A stretch of DNA of 63,978 bases, counting the filler, from Octopus bimaculoides (lineage: Eukaryota): assembly GCF_001194135.2 (NCBI RefSeq). It is 7 parts of 7 records of this genome, joined end to end, with 100 filler letters (N's around TTAATTAATTAA, not from the genome) between each part and the next. Parts side by side here need not be neighbours in the genome. Positions count along the whole stretch, not along the records: positions 19,277 to 33,343 come from NC_069004.1; positions 33,444 to 38,276 come from NW_026350117.1; 5 more parts are not named here. One strand, 5' to 3'. A model generated the notes under the pieces. The model was not told the DNA's origin, ran no database searches, and saw only the letters and a list, made by a program, of their open reading frames with translations. How positions within the stretch are numbered: the first letter of the stretch is position 1; each line of letters begins with the position of its first letter. A program made the position numbers and the translations under genes. Shown here piece by piece: positions 23,864 to 36,535 of this stretch.

Positions 23864-23986
23864 ACATATTTTTGTGTCTGTATATATGTGTGCATGTGTG
23901 TATGTATGTATATATATTTATATGTATGTATGTGTATATTTATATATGTGTATGTATGCATATATGTATGTATGTGTGTATCTATA

Positions 23987-24023
<37 letters not shown>

Positions 24024-24241
24024 GTTGAAGTGATCTATATTTTAAAAAACATTGGAAATTTCAATTTTGTATCATATTAAGCCGGTGTCAGAGTTCAAAA
24101 TCCAATAAATAAATAAATAAATAAATATGAAAATAAAATATAAACAAGAAAATCAAACAATCAAGCACACATAATTGATTAAAGTTATGTTTGTGAATAT
24201 TAATGTTATTTATTTCAACAACGGCAGTAATAACAATAATG

Positions 24242-24282
<41 letters not shown>

Positions 24283-24383
24283 CGTAATTATGATAATAGT
24301 AATCATGGTGGAAAAGCAGAAATAGCTGCAGCAGCAGTGGTAGTAGTTGTGATGATGATGATGATGACAATAATATTATTATT

Positions 24384-24416
<33 letters not shown>

Positions 24417-24507
24417 AGTAATAATGATGATGATGATGATTTCTTTATTAACCACAAGGGTTTACATGAAAAAAAACATGGACAGCACAGGACAAAACAA
24501 AAACAAA

Positions 24508-24542
<35 letters not shown>

Positions 24543-24945
24543 TGTGTGTAGTTGTGAGGGTTTTGCCTGTAAACAAAAATAATAAAATAAAAAAAAAAAG
24601 AGGTAGATCAGCAATGTGTAATCCTTAATAGGGAGGAGACGTTTAAGGGCTGCTCATGGAAAAACCTCATAAAAACCATGGGTACCCTAATTTTTGGGGC
24701 AGGTGCCTTTTTCCGTTTCCTTTCTTCGTCACTTTCTTCCACCCTTTGGCAAACAGGCTAGAAGACAACACTTCCCTNNNNNNNNNNNNNNNNNNNNNNN
24801 NNNNNNNNNNNNNNNNNNNNNNNNNNNNNNNNNNNNNNNNNNNNNNNNNNNNNNNNNNNNNNNNNNNNNNNNNNNNNNNNNNNNNNNNNNNNNNNNNNNN
24901 NNNNNNNNNNNNNNNNNNNNNNNNNNNNNNNNAATAATCCTTTCT

Positions 24946-25120
24946 ACTTTCGCAAGAGTGGCTGTGTGGTAAGAAGTTTGCTTACCAACCACATGGTTCC
25001 GGGTTCATTCTCACTGCGTGGCACCTTGGGCAAGTGTCTTCTACTATAGCCTCAGGCCGACCAATGCCTTGTGAGTGGATTTGGTAGACGGAAACTGAAA
25101 GAAACCCGTCGTATATATAC

Positions 25121-25160
<40 letters not shown>

Positions 25161-25330
25161 TTGTGTGTCTGTGTTTGTCCCCCCCCACCATTGCTTGACA
25201 ACTGATGGTGGTGTGTTTACGTCCCCGTAACTTAGCAGTTCAGCAAAACAGACCGATAGAATAAGGTATAGGCTTACAAAGAAAAAGTCCTGGGGTCGAG
25301 TCAAATGACTGAAACAAGTAAAAGAGTAAA
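24946..25330 (+). mobile_element. Full-length family A SINE
   Basis: gagtggctgtgtggtaagaag head through gactgaaacaagtaaaagag tail. Confidence 0.9.
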
Positions 25331-25334
25331 AGAG

Positions 25335-25548
25335 AGAGTAAAGAGTATAAGCGTAAGGGCTGAAATTTTTAGGGAGGGGACTAGTCGATCACATCAACCC
25401 CAGTGTTTCACTGGTACTTAATTTATCAACACCTGAAAGGGCAAAAGGCAAAGTCAACCCTGGTGGCATTTGAACTCAGAACATAAAGACCAATGAAATA
25501 CCACTAAGCATTTTGCCTGGCATGCCAACAATTCTGCCTGCTCGCCAT
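25335..25548 (-). mobile_element. Family B SINE (head gcgagc/ggcagaat; central gcctttcatcctttcggggtcgat motif)
   Basis: Matches the reverse complement of 45732-45966. Confidence 0.8.
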
Positions 25549-25994
25549 GTTGATGATGATGACGATGACGACGACGATGACGGTAAAAATGGAGATAGCA
25601 GCACTAATGATGATGATTATGATGATGATGATGAATGGATTAAAGATATTGAAATATAGGATTACAAAAATAATCAGAAATAACACAATCATTTTCTCTC
25701 TATACACACACACACATCGACATGTACACATACATATGTATACATTCACTGACACCACAAAGAGCGACTGTTGTTGTTGTTGTTGGTCTTTCTGTAAATT
25801 TCTGAAGTCAATATGTTACAATTTGTCTTCGTATTATCAGGAATGACTGTGTGGTTAGGAAGCTGATGTTGCAACCGGATGATTCTGGGTTCAGTCCCAC
25901 TATGTTGCACCTTCGGCAGGTGACTTTTACTATAACCTCAGCCGATCAAGCCTTGTTGGATGAATTTCATAGACAGAAGCTTTATGGAAGCTTG

Positions 25995-26044
<50 letters not shown>

Positions 26045-26069
26045 ACACACACACATACACACATCTATA

Positions 26070-26805
26070 TATCATCATCATCATCATCGTTTAATGTCTG
26101 CCTTCCATGCAGGCATGGGTTGGACAGTTTGACAGGGACCGACCAGCCAGAAGACTATACCAGACTATTGTGTCTGTTTTGGCAACCACTCAACGCAGTG
26201 GACTGAGTGCTTTTTATGTGGCACCAGCACAGGCAGGGTCACGAAGTAACTTGCAAGACAAGGAGATTTTGAGAGGAAAAGGGGCATTGGAGGAGGGGAT
26301 CTTGTGTCAGAGGAAGAAAGGTTAGTGTGTGATAGAGAGACAGAGAAGCAGAAAGAGGTGTCTTTCTATAGAGGAGGTACATGGTTATCCAGAGAGAGAG
26401 AAAAGGAGAGGGTGAGAAGTAACAAGAAAAAGGATAAAGATAGGTGTGCTGATGTAAAGGAAACACTAGGTTACCTAACCAGAGAGAGAGAGAGAGAGAG
26501 TGATCGAGAACATGAGCTGAAACAGGTGTGCTACTGTAGATGAGATATATGGTTACCCAGCCAGAGTGAAGAGCAAGGGAAGAAGAGAGAGAGTGGAAGA
26601 CAGAAAGAGTGTGAGAGCGAGCAGGAGAGAGAAGATGGTGAAGTGCCAGGGTATATTCACAAGGAATGGGGTTCAGAGCATAGATGGGACGGTAGAGTAA
26701 GGAAGAACGAGATAAATGGTGGTAATTGCCAGGGTTTACCCTCAAGGTATGGAGGTCAAGGTATACACGGCCAGGTATTGCCAAAAAGGTGAGAGTAGGG
26801 AGTGG
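26070..26805 (-). mobile_element. Second copy of the ~750-bp repeat at 20398
   Basis: accgtcccat(c/t)tat(g/a)ctctga, gtaacc(a/t)tgtacctcctcta and cacaagatc(c/a)cctcctccaatg blocks are shared in order. Confidence 0.75.
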
Positions 26806-27381
26806 GGATTGCAGATAGATAGATATAGATCTATATCTTTTACCTTTTACTTATTTCAGTGGCCATGCTGGGGCACTGCCTTAAAACATTTCAGTGAAGC
26901 AAACCAACCTCAGTACAATTTTTTATGCTTAAATCTTGATACTTATTTTATCAATCGGTCTCTTATGTCAATCTGCGAAATTATGGAGATGTAATCACAC
27001 CAACAGTGGTTGTCAAACAGTGATGGGGGACAAACACACATATACATAGATATATCCTCATCATCAGGCAACCTCAAGAGAAGTTGCCAAGTATCTTGCA
27101 AGACAGAGAAAGAACAGGAGTTGTCCAGTGATTGATATAAGGAAAAGATAAAAGATTTAAAGATACCATCTCACTGCAGTGCAGCATCACACTTCATATG
27201 CAATCATCATCCAATGAAATCTATGGAATAGTCATGGTTAGAATGCCCTAGATAATAATTTTGCTTCACCATGGTTGATCTGGTTATTACAACAGCAACA
27301 GCCCCAACTGGGATTCATTTTATATTAAAACCTACAAAAGCAAAAAGCCCCTAGTTTGCCCCAAAATTCCCATTTGTTCTT

Positions 27382-27770
27382 TATCCTTGTGGCCCCATTG
27401 GGTTGGTACAAAATTCCTTCCTAATCCTTGTGGCCTCATTGGGTTGGTACATAAACCCTTCTTAATCCTCATGGTGCATTGGGTTAGTACATAAACCCTT
27501 CTTAATCGTTGTGATCCGATTAGGTTAGTAGATAATCCCTTCTTAATCTTAGTGCTCCCTTTGGGTTTGTACATAAACCCTTCTTAATCCTTGTGGCCCC
27601 TTTGGGTTAGTACATAATCCTTTCTGAATTCTTATGGACCCCATTGTGTTGGTATGTAATCTCTCCTTAATCCTTGTAGCTACATTGGGTTAGTACATAA
27701 TCCCTTCTTAATCCTTGTGGCCCTGTTGGTGCATAGTCCATTCTCAAATTTTGTGGCCCCATTTGGCTGC
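27382..27770. repeat. Minisatellite, ~10 degenerate copies of a 41-bp unit
   Basis: Consensus AATCCTTGTGGCCCCATTGGGTTAGTACATAAACCCTTCTT; units are contiguous with no spacers. Confidence 0.92.
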
Positions 27771-28062
27771 TTCATGATTTCTGTTTCTGTGACATTGGAC
27801 AGATAAGAAACTAATCCTTCTTATCTTTTATCTTCTTGAGAAAGGCTGACAGTTCATCATCATCATCATCATTTAGAATCCATTCTCCATGCTTGCATTG
27901 GTTAGATGGTTTGACTGGAGAGCTGCACAAGGCTCCAGTCTGTTTTGGCCTGGTTTCTACATTTGGATGTCATTCCTAATGCCAACCACTCTACACAGTG
28001 TACTGGCTGCCTCTTGTGTGTCACTGACACAGATGCTTTTTACATGTGACGGGTGCCTTTAA

Positions 28063-28280
28063 CTCTTTAGCATTCAGGTTACTCTGTCAAATGTAATGCT
28101 TATTTATTCACGTTGTTTTAAATTAATCATGTATTATCTGGTAGTTTGGAGATTTCAGTAATGTGACTTCATTTTTAAGAATGACGTTGCAGGGTAGGTG
28201 TGAAAGACCAGATTTGCTCTATTTGTTCATAAAGCATGTTGAACATTCGGGCCTGATATGGCCAGTTTAAATGCTAAAGG
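28063..28280. mobile_element. Probable piggyBac-like MITE
   Basis: TTAA|ctctttagcatt ... aatgctaaagg; the right TTAA is not preserved. Confidence 0.5.
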
Positions 28281-28334
28281 CCTCACATGTCAATGGTACA
28301 GGCACCTTCTATATGGCACTGGCCACAATTACAG

Positions 28335-28510
28335 TTTCACTGAACTTGATGTATCCTCTCAAGCAGAGCAAACCATCAAAGGTCTTGGCCACTGTCATCA
28401 CCTCCATGAGACTCGGCTTCTGAAGATCATACTTCATCACTTCATCCCATTTCTTCCTGGGTCTACCTCAGATAACTTTCCTCAGACATGTGATGTCCTC
28501 TGGCTATGAT
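28335..28510 (-). mobile_element. 3' end of an RTE-like LINE
   Basis: Minus-strand GRPRKKWDEVMKYDLQ..LMEVMT, resembling the RTE ORF C-terminus. Confidence 0.6.
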
Positions 28511-29006
28511 TGTTAATACAAGGAAGATAACCATCCCTTTATAACATTTGGTGGGATTAGAAGTTTGAGTTAGAAATGAAAGAATACAAGGAAGAAGATG
28601 CAGAGATTTCTTACATTTATGCAATTATTTTCTTTCTCTTTTATCTCTTACCAAGTTCTTATAATTTTCCTGATGTTCTGGCACTAATTTCTTATAGAGT
28701 GTGACCAAAGTGGGGAACGTAGCATAAAGTGTCCCAGTGACCCAGCAAAACAGTGGAACACCCACTGCAGATTTGAACTGAATGCAGTGCCAAGAGATGG
28801 CTCAAGTTTTTGGTTGTTTGTTTGTTTGTTTACTTGTTGTTGTTGTGTTTGGCAAATGAGGTGGAGAAAAATGAATGTTATAAAATAAAGAATATAAAAC
28901 AAGAAGAGTTTACCATTTCTGCTATTCGACCTTACCCCCATTCTAGAAAATAAAACCCAAGATATTACAACAGTGTAATATGCGCGTGCGTGCACACACA
29001 CACACA

Positions 29007-29043
<37 letters not shown>

Positions 29044-29525
29044 CTATGTATGTATGCGCATGTTTGTATATGTATGTATATTTGTACATGTATGTATGTA
29101 TATATATGCATGTATCAATATGTATATATGTATGCATACATGTGCGTGTGCATGTGCATATATGTATGTATGTATGTATGTATATATTTGTGTGTATGTA
29201 TATATGTAGGTATATATATATACATTTTTGTGTATGCATATATACATATATATATAACAATATTGGTATATCTTGGAATTATATTAATAAACAAAATCAA
29301 TATGATATCACTTTGGTTATATCTAACAACACAAAACATAAAAGATAATGTTTTCTCTATTTCATTTTCATTCTTTTCTTCTTTCTTTTTATCTTTCTTT
29401 GCTTTCTTTTTCCCTTTTAGTTCATTGCTAATTTTTTTCTTTCCTTCTTTGCTTTCTTTTTTTTCTTTCCATATTTTTCTCTAAATATCTGAGTTTGTCT
29501 CTGTGTATACACACACACACACACA

Positions 29526-29577
<52 letters not shown>

Positions 29578-31424
29578 TATAAACATATTTTTCTTTTTCT
29601 TCAAAAAGTAAATTCTTGATAATAAAACTTCGCATTAGTTATTCCTCATCGTGAAAGCCAGGAATATGAATTTACACTGTTTTCCATATGTCTAGCGCCA
29701 GGATGTCTGTGATATGAAACAGCAATGGAGTGGGGAGGTTGATTGGTCGGTCAACAAATGACATTTAAACTGTCTCTCGTGGACAGTAAAAGTGACTGGG
29801 AACCGAATCTACATTCCTCAAAATGCTCTGTATCTTCAGTTCATCTTAGGAAATGTGTAACTGTTTATTAGGGCACCAACTACACTCTTCACACAATAGT
29901 CTTTGTTTTTAGTTGACATCACTACCTCAACTTTGTCTAAGACTATCTGATAAGGAAGCAGTTTCACTCTTTGTAAAACCCACCTTGTCATTGATTCATC
30001 TTTTGATTCTGAGTCTGTTGTCGAACTGACTTTGGCCTTCACAAAGACACCCGTTGTCTTTGTTACATCCCATCAAATCTAAATATATAAAACAGAGTTT
30101 GTGTGTGTGTGTGTTCCTTACGGATATGAAAACTGAGTTGCTGATTTTGACATATGAGGTATCAAAAGATCTAGTAATCTTTCGGCTACCAAATAAAGTA
30201 TGTTCTTTGCACAACAACTCTTTTTTACTGCAAAGATAACCTCGAAAACAAGGTCAGGTTGCATAATTTTTATGTCTTTAGTTAAGAGACGCAACTCTGC
30301 CTGAATAATTTTTATGTCTTAGAGCATAAAGAGAAAATGTTTAAAATACAGGGAATGAAACTTTATTAGTGTTATTTAGTTGATAATCTTTTAATATGAA
30401 GTATATTTGTCTGTGTTTTGTTTAGCCCAGAGTTGTCCCTGATGTAGCAGACCCATTGCATAACTTCTTTTTTTGTTTTTTTCTTCCTGAAATACTGTAA
30501 ATCTGTGTCTTCCTTTTGATGAAAGGATGTGTTTTAAGAGAGATTTGACTGCTATTTGTTGTAGTTCAAGTTACCACAGAGACACCTATGTGTGTGTGTG
30601 TGTTTTGTTGTGGTGAAAAAAATACTTTTTCTCAGAATATTTTGCACAATAATGTTTTAAGAAATCTGGACATCTTTCTTACTGCTTAAAATTACAATTG
30701 TTAATTGTTGGAAGTCAAATAGACTGAGATGTACATATAATGTTATCATACAGAGTGGAAGTTCAATACCAAGTTTGGAACTCGTTATCTTGTGGTTCGT
30801 AATCCATTACCTTAAATTTGAAGCCATTAAGTCTTTAAACATCATTTTACTGGGTTTAGTCTTCTGACTGTTGCCATGATGGGATATCTCCTTCCAAAAT
30901 TTAACTGATCATACTGACCTCAGTCTGGCATTTATTTTATAGATCTCTGTTTGATGAACTGCTAACTTTGAGACATAGTGGGACACAATACTCAATTTAA
31001 TAACAAATGTAAACACACACACATTAGGTGCAAGAACGAATGTGTGGTTGAGAAGTTTGCTTCCCAACCACATGGTTCCTCGTTCAATCCCTCTGCATGG
31101 TACCTTGGGCAAGTATTTTCTACTATAGCCCTAGGCCAACCACAGACTTGTGACTGAATTTGGTAGACAGAAACTGCAGTGTTGTTCATCAGAAAATGAC
31201 CAAAAAACATGTTTATAAGAGTTGTTTGCTTCATACTCCTCATATGCCGATCTGCCCATAAGAAAGGAACAAATAATACAATGTGGCTGCAGGTCGTAAC
31301 ACCTGGGCAATGCCAGGGTGCATTGGTAGTACTCCCAAAACTCTCTGTTCTGGAGTTCTCTCCCTCACTCTCACTCACTCACACACACACACACACACAC
31401 ACACACATGCAAACACTCACACAA

Positions 31425-31588
31425 TTGCAGGCATGAATGTGTGACAAGAAGTTTGCTTCCAAGTCACATGGTTCTTTTTCTTGGTTCAGTCCCACTGCAC
31501 GGCACCTTGGGCAAGTGTCTTCTATTATAACCCTGGGCCAACCAAAACCTTGTGAGCGGATTTGATTGATGGAAACTGAAAGAAGGCA

Positions 31589-31590
<2 letters not shown>
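31425..31590 (+). mobile_element. Family A SINE, 5' half (another at ~31035-31180)
   Basis: gcaggcatgaatgtgtg...ggttcagtcccactgcacggcaccttgggcaagtg. Confidence 0.85.
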
Positions 31591-31646
<56 letters not shown>

Positions 31647-32379
31647 GTATATATACATAAGAGGGTGCTGCCCTCTCAGATTCACACATTTATTACAGCT
31701 GTCCTTCAGTTTTCCTAAGCCCTGGAAAAGAACTTGGAAAGTTGGGCCACCAACCAGGGCTCTCGTGTTACCCTTAAGACAGAACTTTTCTGCACACCCT
31801 CACATATACAGACCACTGCAATAAGCATGTGAATCTGAGGGGATTATGTTGAATAAAATCATAATTAACTGACCCTCCTGTATTTTCTTTTACCCAAAGC
31901 CAGGAACTTTTTAGCACACCCTAGTGTAGGGCATCTAGCTGTAGAAACTCTGCCAGATCAGACTGGAGCCTGGTGCAGCCTCCTGGCCTCGCAGACCCCA
32001 GTCGAACTGTCCAACCCACGTCAGCATGGAAAACAGACGTTAAACGATGATGATGATACATACATACATACATACACACATGCATACATACATAGATACA
32101 TACATACATATTTAGGAATGTAGTTGTGTAAAGCCAGAACAATGTGAGAAAGTACAAACTAAGCTACAAAAGGAAAAGAAAACAATTTTACCTTTTATTT
32201 CTATATTTTGGGGTGGAGACCCCTTCTTCAGGACATTCAGAAGAGCAGTGGTTGGAAAAGGTCTGTTGCTCAGATGTATGTATGTATGTATGTATGTATA
32301 TACATTGTGTGTGTATGTATGTATGTATGTATGTACATTGTGTGTGTATGTATGTATGTGTTTATGTATGTATGTACAC

Positions 32380-32535
32380 CAGGCTTCTTTCAGTTTCTGT
32401 CTACCTAATCCACTCACAAGGCTTCGCCCAGCCTGAGGGTTTAGAAGACACTTATCCAAAGTTTCTGTGTGGTAGATCTGAACCTGGGACCTTGTGGTTG
32501 GAAAGTAAACTTTTTACCACACAGCTACACCTGCA
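32380..32535 (-). mobile_element. Family A SINE, 5' half
   Basis: ggcttctttcagtttctgtctacctaatccactcacaaggc...accacacagc. Confidence 0.8.
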
Positions 32536-32958
32536 CCTCTATATGATGATAAGTAAAACTGCTATCCACCGAGTTGGTGTGTAATTCCAGTCCCGTTGCT
32601 CAGGGAATTCTCCCTAATCTGGTTTCCTAGGAAAATAGAGAGGAGGGGGAGAGGGAGAGAAAGAGAAGGCAATGGAAGAAGAGAGAGTGGTGGGTGATGG
32701 AAAGGAAGAGGAAGTAGAGCTGACATTGTATCAGTTTATATAATGTGTGGTCGGTTGGAAATGTGAGCATTGGTGTTGATGATGTTGAAGATGATGCTGA
32801 CAATGGTGACAGTTATCATCAAAGGAAAGAACGCTTCTATTACCCCAGAAATTATAAATTTGTAGAAACAACTATCTAAGAATAAGGAAAAGAAGTGTTA
32901 TGCTAAAGCTAATGAGCATATGTATATGTGTGTGTGTGGCCTCATATACGTATGTGTA

Positions 32959-33028
<70 letters not shown>

Positions 33029-33286
33029 TATGTATATGTATATATGTACATATGTCTCTCCAGATTCATACTATATAGATATATAAATATGTGTGTATGT
33101 GTACATATACATATCTATATTCATAAATTGTAAATTGTGATGTATGTATATACATACATACATAAACACATCTGTATGTACATAAATATCTTTCTATGTA
33201 TGTATAAATATATATATATATATAGATAGATATGTAATATATTTGCCAACACACACATATCTACATACGCATTGATACATACATAC

Positions 33287-33343
<57 letters not shown>

Positions 33344-33659
33344 NNNNNNNNNNNNNNNNNNNNNNNNNNNNNNNNNNNNNNNNNNNNTTAATTAATTAAN
33401 NNNNNNNNNNNNNNNNNNNNNNNNNNNNNNNNNNNNNNNNNNNGTATGTATATATGTATATGTATATGCATGTATATATATATATATATTTATGTATGTA
33501 TATATCATTTTTCATTTTATCATTTTTCAGCTCATGAGCTGTGGCCATGCTGGGGCACATATATAAATATATATATATATATGTGTATACACACACATAT
33601 ATTGCTGTAATCAACTGCCCCCTCCCCACTAAATCCAGGCCTTGTGCCTATAGTAGAAA

Positions 33660-34058
33660 GGATTATTATTAACGACCTTTGTCTATCTATCAAGCAATTT
33701 AAATATTCCATCAGAATAAAATTTGACTAGTTTTGAAGAAAAAAGTTATCTAGATGCATTTTGACTCCATCTAAATCGCTAAATATTTTTCCTTGCAATG
33801 AATTCTGTAAAGACACAAACAAGTTGTAGTCGGATAGCGCAGTATCAAGAGAATCTGGTGGATGGTGTAAGAGATCCCAGCCAAGTTCATGTAACTTTCT
33901 TCGGGTAGCCAGAGACACATGTGGTCGGGTATTGTCTTGTTGGAACACTTCTCCTATCCTGTTGACAATCTCCGGCCTCAATTTTTGGGCTTCAAATTAG
34001 CCAGCTGATGAAAGTATACATCAGAATCAATGATCTGGTTTTGTGGGATAATCCCATA
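33660..34058 (-). mobile_element. Mariner (DD34D-type) transposase C-terminal fragment
   Basis: IDSDVYFHQL, FQQDNTRPHVS, LHHPPDSLDTALSDYNLFVSLQNSL, FYSDGIFKLLDR*; the 5' part is in a gap. Confidence 0.88.
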
Positions 34059-34723
34059 TATATANNNNNNNNNNNNNNNNNNNNNNNNNNNNNNNNNNNN
34101 NNNNNNNNNNNNNNNNNNNNNNNNNNNNNNNNNNNNNNNNNNNNNNNNNNNNNNNNNNNNNNNNNNNNNNNNNNNNNNNNNNNNNNNNNNNNNNNNNNNN
34201 NNNNNNNNNNNNNNNNNNNNNNNNNNNNNNNNNNNNNNNNNNNNNNNNNNNNNNNNNNNNNNNNNNNNNNNNNNNNNNNNNNNNNNNNNNNNNNNNNNNN
34301 NNNNNNNNNNNNNNNNNNNNNNNNNNNNNNNNNNNNNNNNNNNNNNNNNNNNNNNNNNNNNNNNNNNNNNNNNNNNNNNNNNNNNNNNNNNNNNNNNNNN
34401 NNNNNNNNNNNNNNNNNNNNNNNNNNNNNNNNNNNNNNNNNNNNNNNNNNNNNNNNNNNNNNNNNNNNNNNNNNNNNNNNNNNNNNNNNNNNNNNNNNNN
34501 NNNNNNNNNNNNNNNNNNNNNNNNNNNNNNNNNNNNNNNNNNNNNNNNNNNNNNNNNNNNNNNNNNNNNNNNNNNNNNNNNNNNNNNNNNNNNNNNNNNN
34601 NNNNNNNNNNNNNNNNNNNNNNNNNNNNNNNNNNNNNNNNNNNNNNNNNNNNNNNNNNNNNNNNNNNNNNNNNNNNNNNNNNNNNNNNNNNNNNNNNNNN
34701 NNNNNNNNNNTATATATATAGGC

Positions 34724-34761
<38 letters not shown>

Positions 34762-35164
34762 ATCTGATTAAGCTATAAGAAAAAAAGCCCCTCCATACAC
34801 ATCCTTTAAGATAAACAATTTAATGTCTTAACGAGGAGGCTTAGCTTAGCAGACTTGTCTTAAAGTCCGAAGTCTAAACAGTCGGTATGTAAATGTGTAC
34901 ATGTGTGTCCCTCTTTCTTCCCCGCCACTCTCTCTCTCTCTCTCTCTTTTGTGAATGTAGTGTTGGCGCAGAAGGGGTCGGTTGGTGGTGGTGGTGGTGG
35001 CGGCCGTTAACCCTGGCGGCACATGGTCGGACGCCTGAATCAGATGAAGAAGCTATGTATGGTATGCGCGCTCGGCGACTCAGCCCCGTTTTCTTCTGAG
35101 CGAGGTGGGTGTGGTCCTTCTTGTTACGGCGACCTCAAATGATTACGAGGTAGACCACACGTCG

Positions 35165-35235
35165 TCTGAATAACAACAACAACAACAATAACGGCAACAT
35201 CATCGCCGCCATCGTCATCATCATCATCATCATCG

Positions 35236-35270
<35 letters not shown>

Positions 35271-35472
35271 GTCGTCATCATTATCATCATCGGCGGCGGT
35301 GGCGTCATTGCCAGTTAGAAAAGTAGCAACAACGGCTAACAACAACACCCGTATTATCATATCATCATCATCATCATCATCATCGTCATCATCATCATTG
35401 TCATCATCATTTAACAACAACAACATTAACGACATCAACAGCAACAGTAACAAAAACAACGATATCATAATT

Positions 35473-35515
<43 letters not shown>

Positions 35516-35528
35516 CCACCACCATCAC

Positions 35529-35559
<31 letters not shown>

Positions 35560-36535
35560 GATAGCAACAACAATATTAACAACATCAATTATAACAACAA
35601 ACAACCTTTAACATTAAACGTTAGTATCAACAACAACAACAACAACAACAGCAGCAGCAGCAGCAGCAGCAACAACAACAAAAAGCAACTACAACAATAA
35701 TAACAACAGCTGCGATAATTTGAGCAACGACAACAACAACAACAACAACAACAACAGAAACAATTACAATGGAAGCCTCAACAGCACCGTGAACAGTTAC
35801 AAGAACTTCACCAACCACAGCACCACAGTCATCATCATCATCATCATCGTCATCATCATCATCATCGACATCATCGTCATCATCATCATTATCCTCGTCG
35901 TCGTCTCCATACTCATCATCGTCATCATCATCATCATCGTCAACATCATCACCGTCAACTACTAGTGTAGCTAGAAGGAAGTGTGAGGCGGCGGTCCGTC
36001 CCGGGCGGTACTTTGTAGGGGCGGCACCACTTTTGAGTCTGATATAGATAGGCAATGTGCAATTTTTGTGGGTTCCTGAGGGCGGCAAACTGCGGGGCCG
36101 CTCCAGGTGGCACACATTCTAGCTATGCTAGTGCCGTCAACATCATCGCTGTCAACATCATTATCATCATCATCATCATCATCATCGCCGTCAACATCAT
36201 TATCATCAACATCATTACCGTCAACATTATCACCGTCAACATCATCACCGTCAACATTATCACCGTCAACATCATCACCGTCAACATTATCACCGTCAAC
36301 ATCATCACCGTCAATATCAACACCGTCAACATCATAACCGTCAACATCATCACCGTCAACATCATCACCGTCAATATCAACTCCGTCAACATCATAACTG
36401 TCAACATCATCACCGTCAACACCATCACTGTTAACATCACCATCATCATCATCATCATCATCATCATCTTCAGCATCATCATCATCATCTTCAGCATCAT
36501 CACCATCAACATCGTCACCGTCAATCACAGCAACA
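35165..36535. repeat. Mosaic (ATC)/(AAC)/(CAG) microsatellite with a 15-bp ACCGTCAACATCATC higher-order unit at ~36200-36430
   Basis: Directly visible. Confidence 0.95.
35960..36133. mobile_element. 174-bp GC-rich hAT-type MITE
   Basis: TIRs tactagtgtagctaga / tctagctatgctagtg; ccgtcaac on both sides. The 8-mer is also part of the host repeat unit, which weakens the TSD evidence. Confidence 0.7.

Noticed and set aside
27382-27770. CRISPR-like appearance of the 41-bp array
   Set aside because: No unique spacers, degenerate units, no cas genes, and a eukaryotic context.
28698-28810. Plus-strand exon candidates with good acceptors (28698 ECDQSGERSIKC..., 48068-48106 RLSSLQHIITFLK, 56800 NDFLMSQNVAVRPKE...)
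   Set aside because: Donors are weak or missing, there is no recognised homology, and they do not form a consistent model; kept only as RNA-seq checks.
33978-34767. Long ORFs made of X (also ~46876-47826, 53268-54136, 55005-55543)
   Set aside because: They are open only because N runs contain no stops.
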